Shown: positions 47,234 to 58,068, counted from the first letter of the stretch. The stretch: 64,000 nucleotides of DNA from Candidatus Micrarchaeota archaeon (GCA_043812915.1 JBDRLQ010000003.1:32001-96000), one strand, 5' to 3'. A program made the numbers and translations. Notes: a model not told the origin generated them from the sequence alone.

Positions 47234-47968
47234 ATGAACAAACTATCGAAAACCAGGCCGGGAAACGTACGGGAGCGCTGCAGAAGGACATTTCGGGGAG
47301 TTGCCGCGGCGACAGTGCTGGCAGTTGCCTCATTAATGCCTATGCGGACTGCGCATGCAGAGGCCGCCGCAGAACCGGAAGCCGTCTGTGAACAGGCTGA
47401 GGAAGAGGGCGCAACAGGATGGTTCGCGTTCCGTCCGGGCTACGTTATCGGCGCCAACCAGCTTATGCTGAAGATTGAGGGCGGAATGTCGGCTCCGACT
47501 GGCACCTCTATGTACGGCTTTGCGGAAATCCGGCCATCGGAGGAGGATTCGGCTTCCCTTGACAGCTTATATTCTGAAATGAGGGTTATGCAGAGGCTGT
47601 ATCGCGGCCTCAGGCTGTATGCCGAGCTGGACTTCGGGAGTGGGCTGGAGCCAATCGTGCGGCCAGGCCTGATATATGTTGCGTCGGTTGGGGGCTGGAA
47701 TATAATGCCAAGGATATCTCCATGGAGTTTCGGAGGGGCAGGGGAGGTGCAATTCAGCATCTATCTCAACAGGGCTTTTGGCGAGCGGATTTTTACCGAG
47801 TTCCTGATTGATATGAATTTCATCCAAGCCACAATCTACGCCGAGGTCGCAGCCGATGTTCTCATGCCAAGGGGCTTTTCAGTTGGGCTCTTTGTCAGCG
47901 TGTTCTCGGATTTGAGGATTGGGGAGGCAAGCGTTACGCCAATTGTGAGGGCAGGCGCTTCCTTCTGA
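47234..47968 (+). CDS. Exported beta-strand-rich protein, putative beta-barrel
   Basis: Long basic signal peptide with AHA cleavage site; alternating amphipathic strands; ends VRAGASF. Confidence 0.65.
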   Translation: MNKLSKTRPGNVRERCRRTFRGVAAATVLAVASLMPMRTAHAEAAAEPEAVCEQAEEEGATGWFAFRPGYVIGANQLMLKIEGGMSAPTGTSMYGFAEIRPSEEDSASLDSLYSEMRVMQRLYRGLRLYAELDFGSGLEPIVRPGLIYVASVGGWNIMPRISPWSFGGAGEVQFSIYLNRAFGERIFTEFLIDMNFIQATIYAEVAADVLMPRGFSVGLFVSVFSDLRIGEASVTPIVRAGASF

Positions 47969-48065
47969 TTCTTTTTTCTTCTTTCTCTTCGGCAACCGTT
48001 TGAAGCCCGAGCGAACATTTAAAAATCATTACCGGCTTTCTTTAAACCCATTTTCGGTGCATCCC

Positions 48066-50063
48066 ATGAGAAAATTCAAGACCACTGCCGAGATAAATGT
48101 CTCTGATAGGCTGATTGACCAGATTATCGGCCAGGACAGGGCAGTCGACATAATCAAGAAGGCGGCAAGGCAGAAGCGCAACGTGCTTCTTATCGGCCCG
48201 CCTGGAACCGGGAAGAGCATGCTCGCCCAAGCGATGGCAGAGCTGATGCCCCCCCAGGAACTTGAGGATGTGCTCATACTCCCGAATCCGAACAACGAGA
48301 ACCAGCCGCGCGTAAATGTCGTGAAGACTTACCCTGATGAGGAGTACCTGGCAAAGCATCCTGCCTCCAGGGGGCTCTATTCACGCAAGGAACAGGCGGG
48401 AATCAAGAAGTTTTCTGATGGCAAGCAGAGGGCGAAGCTGCCGCAGATGCTTGGCATGGGCCTTGGAAGGAGAATGACAAGAGTCCGAAAGAAAGATGAG
48501 GAGGAGAGCGGCATATCGCCCATCTTTCTTCTGGTTGTTCTGGCAGCCGCGATACTTGCACTGATATTCATCGTTGAAATTGAGGAAGGCCTCAAGACCC
48601 TCCTTATCATAGGGGCCCTTGGAATCGGCTTCCTTTATCTGATTGCCAATGCCACTTCCGGCCTCGGAAAGCGGATGTCCCCGAAAGAGCAGACCACTCC
48701 GAAGCTGGTTGTCGATAACAGCGGGAAGACGACTGCGCCTTTCATTGACGCAACAGGAACCCGCGCAGGAGCCCTGCTTGGCGATGTCAAGCACGACCCG
48801 CTTCAGTCCGGAGGGCTCGGGACTCCCGCGCACCTCAGGGTTGAATCCGGCGCTGTCCACAGGGCGAACAAGGGAGTTCTTTTCATTGATGAAATCGCCT
48901 CGCTCAAGCTCAACTGGCAGCAGGAGCTGCTAACAGCCATGCAGGAAAAAAGATATCCGATTACAGGGCAGAGCGACATGAGCTCCGGTGCGCTTGTGAA
49001 AACAGAGCGCGTTCCAACGGACTTCGTCCTTGTCGCCGCCGGGAACCTCCCTGACATGAAGCAGGTGCACCCCGCACTGCGCTCCAGAATCCGCGGTGGC
49101 GGGTATGAGATATATGTCGAGGACAGCATGGAGGATACCCCCGAGAACGCAGACCGGATAATAAGCTTCGTTGCCCAGGAAGTGAAGAAGGACGGGCGCA
49201 TCCCCAATTTCGATAGCACCGCGGTCGCTGAAATCCTGGAGGAAGCGCGAAAGATGTCCGGCAGGAGGAAAAGGATTGCGCTCAATCTGCGTGAACTAGG
49301 CGGCCTTGTGAGGGCGGCCGGAGACATCGCAAGGGAGAGGGATATTGACGTGGTCACTAAGAAGGAAGTGATGGAGGCCAAGAAGATATTCAAGTCAATT
49401 GAAAGCCAGCTTGGCGCGAAGATTATCGAGCGCAAGAGGGAATACCAGACAATAATAACAACCGGTGCTGAAGTCGGCCGTGTGAACGGGCTGGCAGTTC
49501 TAGGCGATTCGCAGGCGGGCCTTGTTCTCCCGATTGTCGCCGAAGCAACTCCTGCCGCTTCAAAGAGCGAAGGGAAAGTGATTGCGACCGGAAAGCTAGG
49601 CCAGATTGCCAAAGAGGCGGTCGAGAATGTATCAGCGATAATCAAGAAGTATATAGGAACAGACATCTCCAAGATGGATTTGCACATCCAGTTCCTGCAG
49701 ACCTATGAGGGGCTGGAAGGGGATAGCGCATCGATTTCCACCGCTCTGGCGGTAATTTCAGCTGTTGCTGGCATCCCGGTCCACCAGAACCTTGCCATGA
49801 CCGGCTCTCTTGATGTCCGGGGCAGGGTCATGCCTATTGGCGGGGTAACTGCGAAGATTGAGGCCGCCGTTGATTCCGGAATAAGCAAGGTGCTGATACC
49901 AAAGGCCAATGCGCAGGATGTTTATCTTGGCAAGAACACTGAGGGCAAGGTGAAGGTAATCGAGGTGACCAGCATAACGGAAGTGCTTGATTACGCCCTA
50001 AAGGACTGCAAGGATAAGAGGGCTCTTCTTGCGAAGATGAGGCGCCAGAGCAAAGGCGGCTGA
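48066..50063 (+). CDS. lonB: Archaeal membrane-bound Lon protease (LonB)
   Basis: GPPGTGKS, two TM inserts, [33 protein letters not shown]. Confidence 0.96.
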   Translation: MRKFKTTAEINVSDRLIDQIIGQDRAVDIIKKAARQKRNVLLIGPPGTGKSMLAQAMAELMPPQELEDVLILPNPNNENQPRVNVVKTYPDEEYLAKHPASRGLYSRKEQAGIKKFSDGKQRAKLPQMLGMGLGRRMTRVRKKDEEESGISPIFLLVVLAAAILALIFIVEIEEGLKTLLIIGALGIGFLYLIANATSGLGKRMSPKEQTTPKLVVDNSGKTTAPFIDATGTRAGALLGDVKHDPLQSGGLGTPAHLRVESGAVHRANKGVLFIDEIASLKLNWQQELLTAMQEKRYPITGQSDMSSGALVKTERVPTDFVLVAAGNLPDMKQVHPALRSRIRGGGYEIYVEDSMEDTPENADRIISFVAQEVKKDGRIPNFDSTAVAEILEEARKMSGRRKRIALNLRELGGLVRAAGDIARERDIDVVTKKEVMEAKKIFKSIESQLGAKIIERKREYQTIITTGAEVGRVNGLAVLGDSQAGLVLPIVAEATPAASKSEGKVIATGKLGQIAKEAVENVSAIIKKYIGTDISKMDLHIQFLQTYEGLEGDSASISTALAVISAVAGIPVHQNLAMTGSLDVRGRVMPIGGVTAKIEAAVDSGISKVLIPKANAQDVYLGKNTEGKVKVIEVTSITEVLDYALKDCKDKRALLAKMRRQSKGG

Positions 50064-50119
50064 TTCCACATTTTTACTGAAAGGAATATTTTATATTTAT
50101 TACCATATAGTATAACAGT

Positions 50120-50842
50120 ATGGCATTAGCTTCCACTATTACCGCTGAACCCCCAAGGCCTGGGAAAATGTCAAATCTAATCAAGAAAGCAACCGCATTG
50201 GTAGATGCATTGCCCGAGAGAAGGCGAGAAAAGAGGGCCCGGCAGATGCAAATGCCGCTTATCCGGCCTATGCTAAAGGAAATCCGGCTCTGCAGGATTC
50301 TAGAGGAAAAAACTGGAATCCCTGTTGCAAGCTATCAATCACACCTGATTGCGCTTTATCATGCTGGCTCCTCCGAACTTGGGCTGGAAGGCGCTGCCAG
50401 GGCGGTTCTTAGTGCCGGTGAAAAGCCTTTTGATGAGGAGGCTATCCAGCACCTGGGAGGCGAGGCTTTCCGGCGGATTGGGGAAGGCTCAGGCGCAATT
50501 TTCAATGCAACCAGCCTGCTAGGGTATAATCCCTATGCTCCTGCCAACGGGGCGGCATTCCCGGTCAACATCTCCAGGAATCCCATTGCCCACATACCAA
50601 TCACGACTGACCCGGACGGGTGGACAATCCGCTCCTTAGGGCATCAGAAACTCGAAACGGATTTCACATATGCATATGTGCGCGTTGATATGCCAAGCGG
50701 TAGAATCAGGGGGTTCATCCTCAAGGACGGTTCATCTTTCAATAAGCCTTTTCTTGCCCCTCTAATCGGGCTAAAAGTTATCCACAGCGTCCTATTCCCC
50801 GGTCCGGAGAATAACATTCTCCTCGACGGAAGTGACTGCTGA
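50120..50842 (+). CDS. Hypothetical protein
   Basis: 240-aa ORF after an AT-rich promoter; overlaps the convergent gene by 51 bp. Confidence 0.5.
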   Translation: MALASTITAEPPRPGKMSNLIKKATALVDALPERRREKRARQMQMPLIRPMLKEIRLCRILEEKTGIPVASYQSHLIALYHAGSSELGLEGAARAVLSAGEKPFDEEAIQHLGGEAFRRIGEGSGAIFNATSLLGYNPYAPANGAAFPVNISRNPIAHIPITTDPDGWTIRSLGHQKLETDFTYAYVRVDMPSGRIRGFILKDGSSFNKPFLAPLIGLKVIHSVLFPGPENNILLDGSDC

Positions 50843-52033
50843 GACTGGCATCGTGTACTTCTTCTCGAACATGGTCTGGATTACCAGCTTGCCCTTGCGG
50901 CCGTCGACGCCCACTATCTTTCCAAGGTAGGTGCCGTGCTCGCTGATTGCCTCCTTGCCCTCGAGCTTCATGCGCACAAGCATATCTGTCCGGATTCCAT
51001 TGATTATCTTGGTGCTGACATATGCCATTGCGATTGCCAGGATGAGAGTCAGAAGGAAATCCGGGAAATAGACGAATGGCTCGAACAGGTTGAGCACCCA
51101 GTCGCTGCCCACTTTCAGCACGAGCATCGCGAGAGTGAATCCCACCATGTACAGCGCATATTTGGTAACCTCGTACTTCCTCTTCTCGCTGATTGCGTCT
51201 ATGGCCTTTCCGCTAAGGAGCAGCACGAATGCGACAAGCAGCACCATCACCACATTGCGTATCAGGTATGCCACGAGCTTCTCCCCCCCAAGTCCGAGGA
51301 GCGTTGCCTCACGGAAAGACTGGGAGGCCATCAGGATGGAGATTATGAACAGGGCAAAGCCCGCGATATATGTAATCCAGCTCGTTTTCTCCACCGAGAA
51401 CCGAACATCTCGGATGAAGTTGCCGATGTGCTCATCAAGCCCCAGCAGACGGACGAACAGATAAAGGCCGACTATTATGCCGACAGGCTCCCATCCAAGC
51501 CGGAGATAGCTTGAGACCGAGAGCAGAAGTATGAGCAGCGCAGGGATCCCAAGGACCGTCTTTGCATAATACGGGTCCTTCAGCTTCTCAATAAGCACGA
51601 AATAAGTCTTCTCAAGCTCTTTGGCCTGCTTTATGAACACGATCTTCGTTGAATCAATCTTCAGCCGGGACTTGATTATCGGGGTTATCTCCTCATCAGA
51701 AGCGCCATCGGAAACAAGCACGCAGGAAGTCGGGTTGAATTCCCGCACTACCTTGTCGAGCTGGTTGCTGATTTCCTTGTCTGCCTTGAAACCTAGCTTC
51801 TTGTCTCCGGTCAGCGTGACGACTTCCACCTCATGGCCATCTGACTTCATCTGCTCGAAGACCTTGATGGCGTAGAAAATTGCGTTGGAATCAGGATCCT
51901 CAGGATCTGCGATCGCCAGCTTGAGCGCCCCATCGATATTCTTCTTCCTGCCGATAAGGGGCCCGCTGACCTTGCCTTTCTCGTAAAGGTCATTGTCCCG
52001 GTCTATACAGAGCACCAATATCGGTCTTTCCAT
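50792..52033 (-). CDS. DUF373 membrane protein with C-terminal PRC barrel
   Basis: LCIDRDNDL, DPEDPDSN, SDGASDE, QAKELEKTY; LEGKEAISEHGTYLGKI. Confidence 0.85.
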   Translation of the reverse strand: MERPILVLCIDRDNDLYEKGKVSGPLIGRKKNIDGALKLAIADPEDPDSNAIFYAIKVFEQMKSDGHEVEVVTLTGDKKLGFKADKEISNQLDKVVREFNPTSCVLVSDGASDEEITPIIKSRLKIDSTKIVFIKQAKELEKTYFVLIEKLKDPYYAKTVLGIPALLILLLSVSSYLRLGWEPVGIIVGLYLFVRLLGLDEHIGNFIRDVRFSVEKTSWITYIAGFALFIISILMASQSFREATLLGLGGEKLVAYLIRNVVMVLLVAFVLLLSGKAIDAISEKRKYEVTKYALYMVGFTLAMLVLKVGSDWVLNLFEPFVYFPDFLLTLILAIAMAYVSTKIINGIRTDMLVRMKLEGKEAISEHGTYLGKIVGVDGRKGKLVIQTMFEKKYTMPVSAVTSVEENVILRTGE

Positions 52034-52129
52034 GTCCCCAGCCTTGAAATAGTCTGTCTCCGCTCATTTAAAAAATCATCGGACTATTAAAATGTTCCCT
52101 AATTACTGAATATTGAGAGGTAAAATTAC

Positions 52130-52849
52130 ATGGAAGAGAAGAAGCGGGTTCTCCCCGGGGAGCACCTCGCCAGCTGCGAGGAATTCGAGCCCGGAGAGAA
52201 TACTTTCACTGATAATGATGAGACGTATTCATCAACCTACGGAGAGGTTGAGGTCAATGAGGGCGCAATCTCAGTCAACAACAAGGGCAAGACAATAGTC
52301 AAGCCCGATGTGGATGCGAAGGTCTACTGCATCGTCACCAGGGCTGATCCGAACAAGGCCCGCCTCAGCTGCATGCTCGAGAGCGAGGTGGATGGCAACG
52401 GAAGGGGCCCTGACCTGGACGCTGTGCTGCTGGTCACAAACATAAGCCGCGCGCACGTTGAGACCATCCGGGATGCAGTTAAGGTCGGTGACATCATCAA
52501 GGGCCGCATCTATAAGATAAAGGAGGGCGGCGAGATTGAAATTAGCATTCTCGGAAAGGATTTCGGGGTGATCAAGGCTTTCTGCGGAAAGTGCCGGAGC
52601 GAAATGTCTTTAAATGGCAGCATCTTCATCTGTAACAGCTGTGGCTGGAAAGAGCGGAGAAAAATCCCCGGAGGGGATGATTCGTTCACCCGGAGCGGCG
52701 GGCGTGAGGGCGGTCGTGACCGCCGGAGTGACCGGGGGAGTGACCGCGGAAGAAGGCCTTTCGGGGAGCGCCGCGAAGGAGGCAATTTCAGGAGGCCCTC
52801 TGGTGCAAGGCGCGGCCACCGGGAAAGGCCGTTGGGCGATAGGAAGTGA
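52130..52849 (+). CDS. csl4: Exosome subunit Csl4 with R/G/D-rich tail
   Basis: VLPGE..EEFEPG, VGDIIKG, FGVIKAFCGKC..CNSCG..E.RK. Confidence 0.88.
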   Translation: MEEKKRVLPGEHLASCEEFEPGENTFTDNDETYSSTYGEVEVNEGAISVNNKGKTIVKPDVDAKVYCIVTRADPNKARLSCMLESEVDGNGRGPDLDAVLLVTNISRAHVETIRDAVKVGDIIKGRIYKIKEGGEIEISILGKDFGVIKAFCGKCRSEMSLNGSIFICNSCGWKERRKIPGGDDSFTRSGGREGGRDRRSDRGSDRGRRPFGERREGGNFRRPSGARRGHRERPLGDRK

Positions 52850-53130
52850 TGATTATGGCAGTTGAAATAATCAAGCAGGAAAAGAACATGATTGAAGTCG
52901 ATTTCGGAGAGGTTGACCACTCCATTCCCCACCTCATGGTGGAAAGGCTGAATGATAATGATGATGTGGATTTTGTCGCATACAAGGTTGAACACCCGAT
53001 TATTGGTTCGCCACATCTGATACTCAGAACGAAGAAGGGAGACGCACTGAAGCTTTTCACAGACACCCTTGAGGCAATAAAGACCGATGTTGACACGTTC
53101 AAGAAGCAGTTTGCTGAAATAACCAAGTAG
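52846..53130 (+). CDS. rpoL: RNA polymerase subunit Rpo11 (RpoL)
   Basis: DHSIPHL, VDFVAYKVEHP; follows csl4. Confidence 0.9.
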   Translation: MMIMAVEIIKQEKNMIEVDFGEVDHSIPHLMVERLNDNDDVDFVAYKVEHPIIGSPHLILRTKKGDALKLFTDTLEAIKTDVDTFKKQFAEITK

Positions 53131-53138
53131 GGTTTCTC

Positions 53139-54134
53139 ATGAATATCGAGAAGTTACTTGAAAAGCCACCCGTGGAGATACTGGTGCTTTTCGCCACCCT
53201 TTTTCTTTATATCCTGACTGACAGGCTGCTCCCGGAAGAAAGCGAATGGGGCTTCCTGCGCATCCTCTTTGCACTATTGGTACTCGCCCAGATGCTTTTC
53301 ATACTCGGAACAGAGATCAAGCACAACACAAAGAAGTTCGGCTGGAAGCACGAGGTGGTTGACACCGCCGTTGCCCTTGCGGTTGCGCTTATCATCTGGT
53401 TCGGCGCGATGTATTTCCTGAATACCAGCTCTCCTGTTTCAGGTGTGGTTTCATGCAGCATGCTCCCCAATCTTTATCGGGGGGATTTCGTTGTTGTGCA
53501 GGGCGCTGACCCTGCGGCATATCACATTTCGATGGCCAAGGAGGATTTCGCCCTCTTTGAGAACGAGTTCTCGACAGTGTTCAATTCGCATGACAATTAT
53601 ACTGTCCCAGGCTCGCTCTATGCATACTGCATATACAGCCCTGCCGCCGATTTCTGCCAGGAGTTCTCCGTTAATCCCGACGATTTCCTGGAAATGCGGG
53701 GGCCCTTGTCATATAGGTACACGATGTGCACAATAACGCCCCAGGAGGGGGAGCTGGCCTACAGCCCCTGCCTGAAGTCCATAAGCTATGGGGGGACCGA
53801 GTACCTCACAAACTTCAATAATGATGTCATAGTGTACCAGCCGGCAGCAACCGACCTCTATGGCCGCGTTGGCGATATAGTCCACAGGGTCCTGTTCGTG
53901 CTGAATGTCGAGGGGGAGAAATACTACATCACCCGCGGGGACAACAATCCGGTCCTTGACATTCAGGTCTATGATTACCGGGGAAGGATGGGCAACCATC
54001 CGGTTTCCCAGGAGAACTACAAGGGCAAGGTCATTTTGAGAGTGCCTGTTCTTGGCTACTTCAAGCTTCTCATCTCGGGCTTCTGGGAAGAGGATGAGCA
54101 GTGCAAATGGCAGCTGGAATATCCGCATGTCTAA
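53139..54134 (+). CDS. Signal peptidase I (S26, Sec11-like)
   Basis: VVSCSMLP..RGD, IVHRV, TRGDNNP, GKV..RVP.LG. Confidence 0.85.
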   Translation: MNIEKLLEKPPVEILVLFATLFLYILTDRLLPEESEWGFLRILFALLVLAQMLFILGTEIKHNTKKFGWKHEVVDTAVALAVALIIWFGAMYFLNTSSPVSGVVSCSMLPNLYRGDFVVVQGADPAAYHISMAKEDFALFENEFSTVFNSHDNYTVPGSLYAYCIYSPAADFCQEFSVNPDDFLEMRGPLSYRYTMCTITPQEGELAYSPCLKSISYGGTEYLTNFNNDVIVYQPAATDLYGRVGDIVHRVLFVLNVEGEKYYITRGDNNPVLDIQVYDYRGRMGNHPVSQENYKGKVILRVPVLGYFKLLISGFWEEDEQCKWQLEYPHV

Positions 54135-54673
54135 AGCTTCAGGACAACGCTGTCAAGGTATTTCCCGTTGTATTTGATCCACTTGGGCCAGACGGCAAAT
54201 TCCCGGAACCCTACTTTCTTATAGAGTGAATATGCCGGTCTATTGGGCCGGAGGACGCTGAGCCAGATGTTCTTCGGCTTTGGCCTGAAGAATTTTCTGG
54301 CGGTGTTTATGTTGAACCTGAGCAAGGCCTCTCCTAGGCCGAGCCTGCGGTAGGGCTTCACGACTGCCAGGCCGAGCATGACGCTTTCCCGCTCCCTGCC
54401 AATCCCGCAGCTTGCATGGGATGAGGCGGCAATCTTCCCCCCGATGCGGGCAATTAGCGTGTATTTCGCCTTTTTCCGGAAGCCTTCAAGCTCTCCCTTT
54501 TTCCACTCTTCCTCCTGTGCAAGCGTTAATTTCTTGTCGAGCAGGATGTATGCCTTCTCGGCAATAAGCCTGTTGATGAAAACCAGCAGCTCACCTGTGG
54601 AATCGGCCCTGCTGAGGAATGATACTTCTGCAATCCGGCCATCTTCGAGCCTGATTGACCCGAGCGTAGGCAT
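54131..54673 (-). CDS. GNAT acetyltransferase
   Basis: V..YRRLGLG, N.PA.SLYKKVGF. Confidence 0.85.
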   Translation of the reverse strand: MPTLGSIRLEDGRIAEVSFLSRADSTGELLVFINRLIAEKAYILLDKKLTLAQEEEWKKGELEGFRKKAKYTLIARIGGKIAASSHASCGIGRERESVMLGLAVVKPYRRLGLGEALLRFNINTARKFFRPKPKNIWLSVLRPNRPAYSLYKKVGFREFAVWPKWIKYNGKYLDSVVLKL

Positions 54674-54677
54674 GCGA

Positions 54678-55421
54678 CTACCCGTACTGGGTTCCGCCCA
54701 GTTCACGCGTCATCACTTCAGTGAGGCTGGAGCGGAGCTTTTCCTTGTGGGCGTCCGTTGTATCGAGGTTGTCAATTTTCTCGTCCCACTGCGCGAGCGA
54801 GGCTAGTATCCTGTGCAGGAGCCTTTCATTGTCCGTGTACTTGGCGTAGCTGAGCAGGGAATCCAGGGCATACCCTGATTCCGAGTCCCCCAGCGCATCG
54901 ATTATCGCGTTACGCAGGACATGGTTGGCCTCATTCTCCATTGTGCAGAGATGGGCGTAATGGTATGTCAGCACCTTTGCAGCATCATCGCCCTTGTTGA
55001 AAGCGCCGAGCATCTTGATGAATTCCACAAGCCCTTCCAGTGAGGTGTTGTAATTGAACATCGCGCGGTAGACATTCATCCTCAACTGGGTGGCCTCTCT
55101 GTTGGGTGTCCTGGCCCTGAAGTGCTCGTAGTTCCTCATGAACTTGAGCTCCGAGCTTGTTGCCAATGCCTCGTGAATCATATAGAGCAGGAGCTGGCGG
55201 ATGTTCTCATCGCCCTTCATGTATATGCTCCTGATTTTCTCAACAGCATCCCGTTTTTTCTCCTCACTGACCGCAACAGGATAGAACTTGATCGAGAACA
55301 TCGCGGTCTCAATCTCCTTGACTATGTCCCCCATTTTCGTATCAGGAGCCGTTTCATCTTTCTTCGGAGCTTCCTTCTTTTTCCCGCTCCCGGTCTTTTT
55401 TTTGCCTGCCAAGCCTATCAC
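54678..55421 (-). CDS. Hypothetical alpha-helical protein
   Basis: 247-aa ORF with HEAT-like helices (LRNAIIDALG). Confidence 0.6.
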   Translation of the reverse strand: MIGLAGKKKTGSGKKKEAPKKDETAPDTKMGDIVKEIETAMFSIKFYPVAVSEEKKRDAVEKIRSIYMKGDENIRQLLLYMIHEALATSSELKFMRNYEHFRARTPNREATQLRMNVYRAMFNYNTSLEGLVEFIKMLGAFNKGDDAAKVLTYHYAHLCTMENEANHVLRNAIIDALGDSESGYALDSLLSYAKYTDNERLLHRILASLAQWDEKIDNLDTTDAHKEKLRSSLTEVMTRELGGTQYG

Positions 55422-55468
55422 CAGTATTTTTTACTCTTTCATTTATTATTAATAAATCAGGTGGTCAC

Positions 55469-56020
55469 TTGGAGATTCATTTTGCGACAAGCAATGTCCA
55501 TAAGTTCAAGGAGGCGCAGGAGATGCTGAAGGATGCCAGGGTTGAGCTGAAGCGATTCGGGTTCGAATACCGCGAAATCCGCTCGGAGAGCCTTGAGGAA
55601 ATCGCAAGGGATGCGGCGGCAGCGGCCTTCGGGCGCCTGAAGAAGCCGGTTTTCGTGGAGGATTCCGGCCTGTTCATAGATTCCCTGAACGGCTTTCCCG
55701 GAACTTACTCCGGATGGACATTCGGGAAAATCGGCTCTGGCGGCATGCTGAGGCTGCTTGCAGGGGCCAAAGAGCGCTCAGCGCACTTCGGAAGCTGCGT
55801 TGCATTCGCCGATGGGAAGGGGGTAAAGACCTTCAGCGGCACCTGCAGGGGCACAATCTCCCCAGAGGCGCGCGGAACAGGCGGCTTCGGGTACGACCCC
55901 ATCTTCGTTCCCGAGGGCCACAACGAGACTTTTGCCCAAAGCATAATATTAAAAAACAAGCTCTCACATAGATATAATTCTCTTTTGAAATTCTCAAATT
56001 ATCTGAGAAAGACACAGTAG
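55469..56020 (+). CDS. rdgB: Non-canonical purine NTP pyrophosphatase (Ham1/RdgB)
   Basis: ATSNVHK, EDSGL..LNGFPG.YS, GFGYDPIF, SHR. Confidence 0.95.
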   Translation: MEIHFATSNVHKFKEAQEMLKDARVELKRFGFEYREIRSESLEEIARDAAAAAFGRLKKPVFVEDSGLFIDSLNGFPGTYSGWTFGKIGSGGMLRLLAGAKERSAHFGSCVAFADGKGVKTFSGTCRGTISPEARGTGGFGYDPIFVPEGHNETFAQSIILKNKLSHRYNSLLKFSNYLRKTQ

Positions 56021-56030
56021 GTGAACTGTC

Positions 56031-56489
56031 GTGGCTAGATTGCATTCCAGAAAGAAAGGAAAATCCGGAACGAAGAGACCAAAAAGCATGGTCTCCCCAG
56101 AGTGGGTAGAAGCAGATGTCAATGAGATTAAGAGGCTCATCGTGAAGATGGCAAAAGAAGGCGTTCCGCCTTCCAAGATTGCCCTCATGCTAAGGGACCA
56201 GCACGCGATACCGAATATCCGCGCGTTCCTTGGCATGTCGATGACCGCATTCCTCAAGAGTGAGGGCGCGCTTCCTGAGTATCCCGAGGATCTCATCAGC
56301 CTTATCAAGAAGGCAATCCGGATGAGGGAACACATCAAGAAGGATGGCAAGAGGGACACGCACAACAAGGTGAAGCTCAGGCATGTGGAGTCCAAGATTA
56401 TCCGCCTTGTCAACTACTATCGTAAGAACGGCGCTATTCCTTCGGACTGGACCTATGACGCAGAGAAGGTTGCGCTACTTGTAAAGTAA
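56031..56489 (+). CDS. rps15: Ribosomal protein uS15 (S13e)
   Basis: MARLHSRKKGKSG, LRDQH, PEDL, ESKIIRLVNYYR. Confidence 0.96.
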   Translation: MARLHSRKKGKSGTKRPKSMVSPEWVEADVNEIKRLIVKMAKEGVPPSKIALMLRDQHAIPNIRAFLGMSMTAFLKSEGALPEYPEDLISLIKKAIRMREHIKKDGKRDTHNKVKLRHVESKIIRLVNYYRKNGAIPSDWTYDAEKVALLVK

Positions 56490-56510
56490 ATATCACACGG
56501 GTAATATTCT

Positions 56511-57104
56511 ATGGCAGGCAAGAAAACAAAAGTCGTTGACAAGTGGAAGAGCAAGAAATGGTATACAGTCATTGCACCTTCTATGTTTGAGGGCAAGGAG
56601 ATTGCCGAAGTGGTCGCAAGCGACGACAAGTTGCTGCAGAACCGAATCGTCAGGAAGAGCCTGATGGAGCTGGGGACTGGCGGCGCTTCGCAGCTGGCAA
56701 TGTTCACGAACCTTCGATTCAGGCTCACCGACGTGAGCGGCGCGACTGTGCACACCAAGCTCGTCGGATATGACATCGCATCCTCGTACATAAAGACCTT
56801 CGCGAGGAGGGGCAAGTCGCTCATCCACCAGATTGTGGATGGGAAGACCAAGGACAATGAGGAGCTCAGGCTCAAGATTATCGCGGTCACCGGCGCGAGG
56901 GTGAGCGAGAACACAAAGAGGAACATCAGGCAGGCACTCGTCGAGGAGACGCTCAAGGGAGTTACCGAGGGCAACTTCGAGGATGTCATGCAGGACCTGC
57001 TTTTCGGAAAGTTCTCCTCGAGGATTTTCACCAGGCTCAAGCAGATAACGCGCATGAGGCGTGTCGAGGTCTGGAAGTCCGAGAGGAAAGAGAACTTCAA
57101 GTGA
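56511..57104 (+). CDS. rps3ae: Ribosomal protein eS1 (S3Ae)
   Basis: DKWKSKKWY.V.AP..F, RRVEVWKSE. Confidence 0.95.
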   Translation: MAGKKTKVVDKWKSKKWYTVIAPSMFEGKEIAEVVASDDKLLQNRIVRKSLMELGTGGASQLAMFTNLRFRLTDVSGATVHTKLVGYDIASSYIKTFARRGKSLIHQIVDGKTKDNEELRLKIIAVTGARVSENTKRNIRQALVEETLKGVTEGNFEDVMQDLLFGKFSSRIFTRLKQITRMRRVEVWKSERKENFK

Positions 57105-57108
57105 TGCT

Positions 57109-57438
57109 ATGATGCCTCCGGGGATGGATCCTAGGAAGATGCAGCAGCTGATGAAGCAGATGGGCATCCAGCAGAAGGAGATTGATGCCAAGAGGGTCGT
57201 CATCGAGACCGATGATGGCAATTATATAATCACAAACCCCCAGGTTACCGAGGTAATCATGCAGGGGAGCCGCTCATTCCAGATTGCAGGGGATGTCAAC
57301 CTGGAGGATTCCATCAGCAAGGAGGACATCGAGATGGTGATGTCACAGACCGGTTGCGAATGGGAAGAGGCCGAGAATGCCCTGAAGAAAGCGAATGGCG
57401 ATATCGCGCAGGCTATCCTCGATATCAAGCCTGAGTAG
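57109..57438 (+). CDS. nac: Nascent polypeptide-associated complex protein
   Basis: MDPRKM..MKQMGI, EDIEMV..QTG, GDIAQAI. Confidence 0.93.
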   Translation: MMPPGMDPRKMQQLMKQMGIQQKEIDAKRVVIETDDGNYIITNPQVTEVIMQGSRSFQIAGDVNLEDSISKEDIEMVMSQTGCEWEEAENALKKANGDIAQAILDIKPE

Positions 57439-57479
57439 CGCAGGAACCAATAAAAATATTCATTGCTATTCCCTTGCTT

Positions 57480-58067
57480 ATGGGTATCAAAAGGGAATGG
57501 CAGCTCATCGTAGTGCTGCTCATTCTGATTGTTCTTCTGGTCAAGGCAGTCGAGTTCTTCAAGGTCGACGTGGTGGAGGCGGATGCCAGCAACTTCGTCA
57601 TGGAGGATTTGACCAGCAGGTACCCGGAGGCGGATATCTCGATAATGTCAATCCGCGAGATGACCAATGACGCCGGGGACAACTATTTCGAGGTCAAGGC
57701 GAGAGTCACCGAGGGCGCGGCAACTCCATGCCCCGGGAGGATGCACATATACTACAATTATCCTGAGCAGAACTTCATCTCCCAGCCAAGTGAGGTGATA
57801 ACCATGGGCTGCGAGGTATGCACCGAGGGGATTTGCACGCTCGCCTTCCCCGAAGAGGCGGTCATCGCATCACACACTTTCGAAGGCACTGATGACATAT
57901 CTTCCTACCTTTCCCTATACCCTTCCGCATATCCGTCCACAACAGAGAGCAAGGATTCCTGGCTGGTAGTCTGGAATTCGCCGCTCGCGCTGAACACGTA
58001 CTATGTTGAACTTGGAAAGGACGGATCGGTCCATTCAGTTGATAGCCGGGAGAAGGGCGGTCAGTAG
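57480..58067 (+). CDS. Membrane-anchored hypothetical protein
   Basis: N-terminal TM helix; CP..C..C..C..FPEEAVIASH. Confidence 0.6.
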   Translation: MGIKREWQLIVVLLILIVLLVKAVEFFKVDVVEADASNFVMEDLTSRYPEADISIMSIREMTNDAGDNYFEVKARVTEGAATPCPGRMHIYYNYPEQNFISQPSEVITMGCEVCTEGICTLAFPEEAVIASHTFEGTDDISSYLSLYPSAYPSTTESKDSWLVVWNSPLALNTYYVELGKDGSVHSVDSREKGGQ

Positions 58068-58068
58068 A

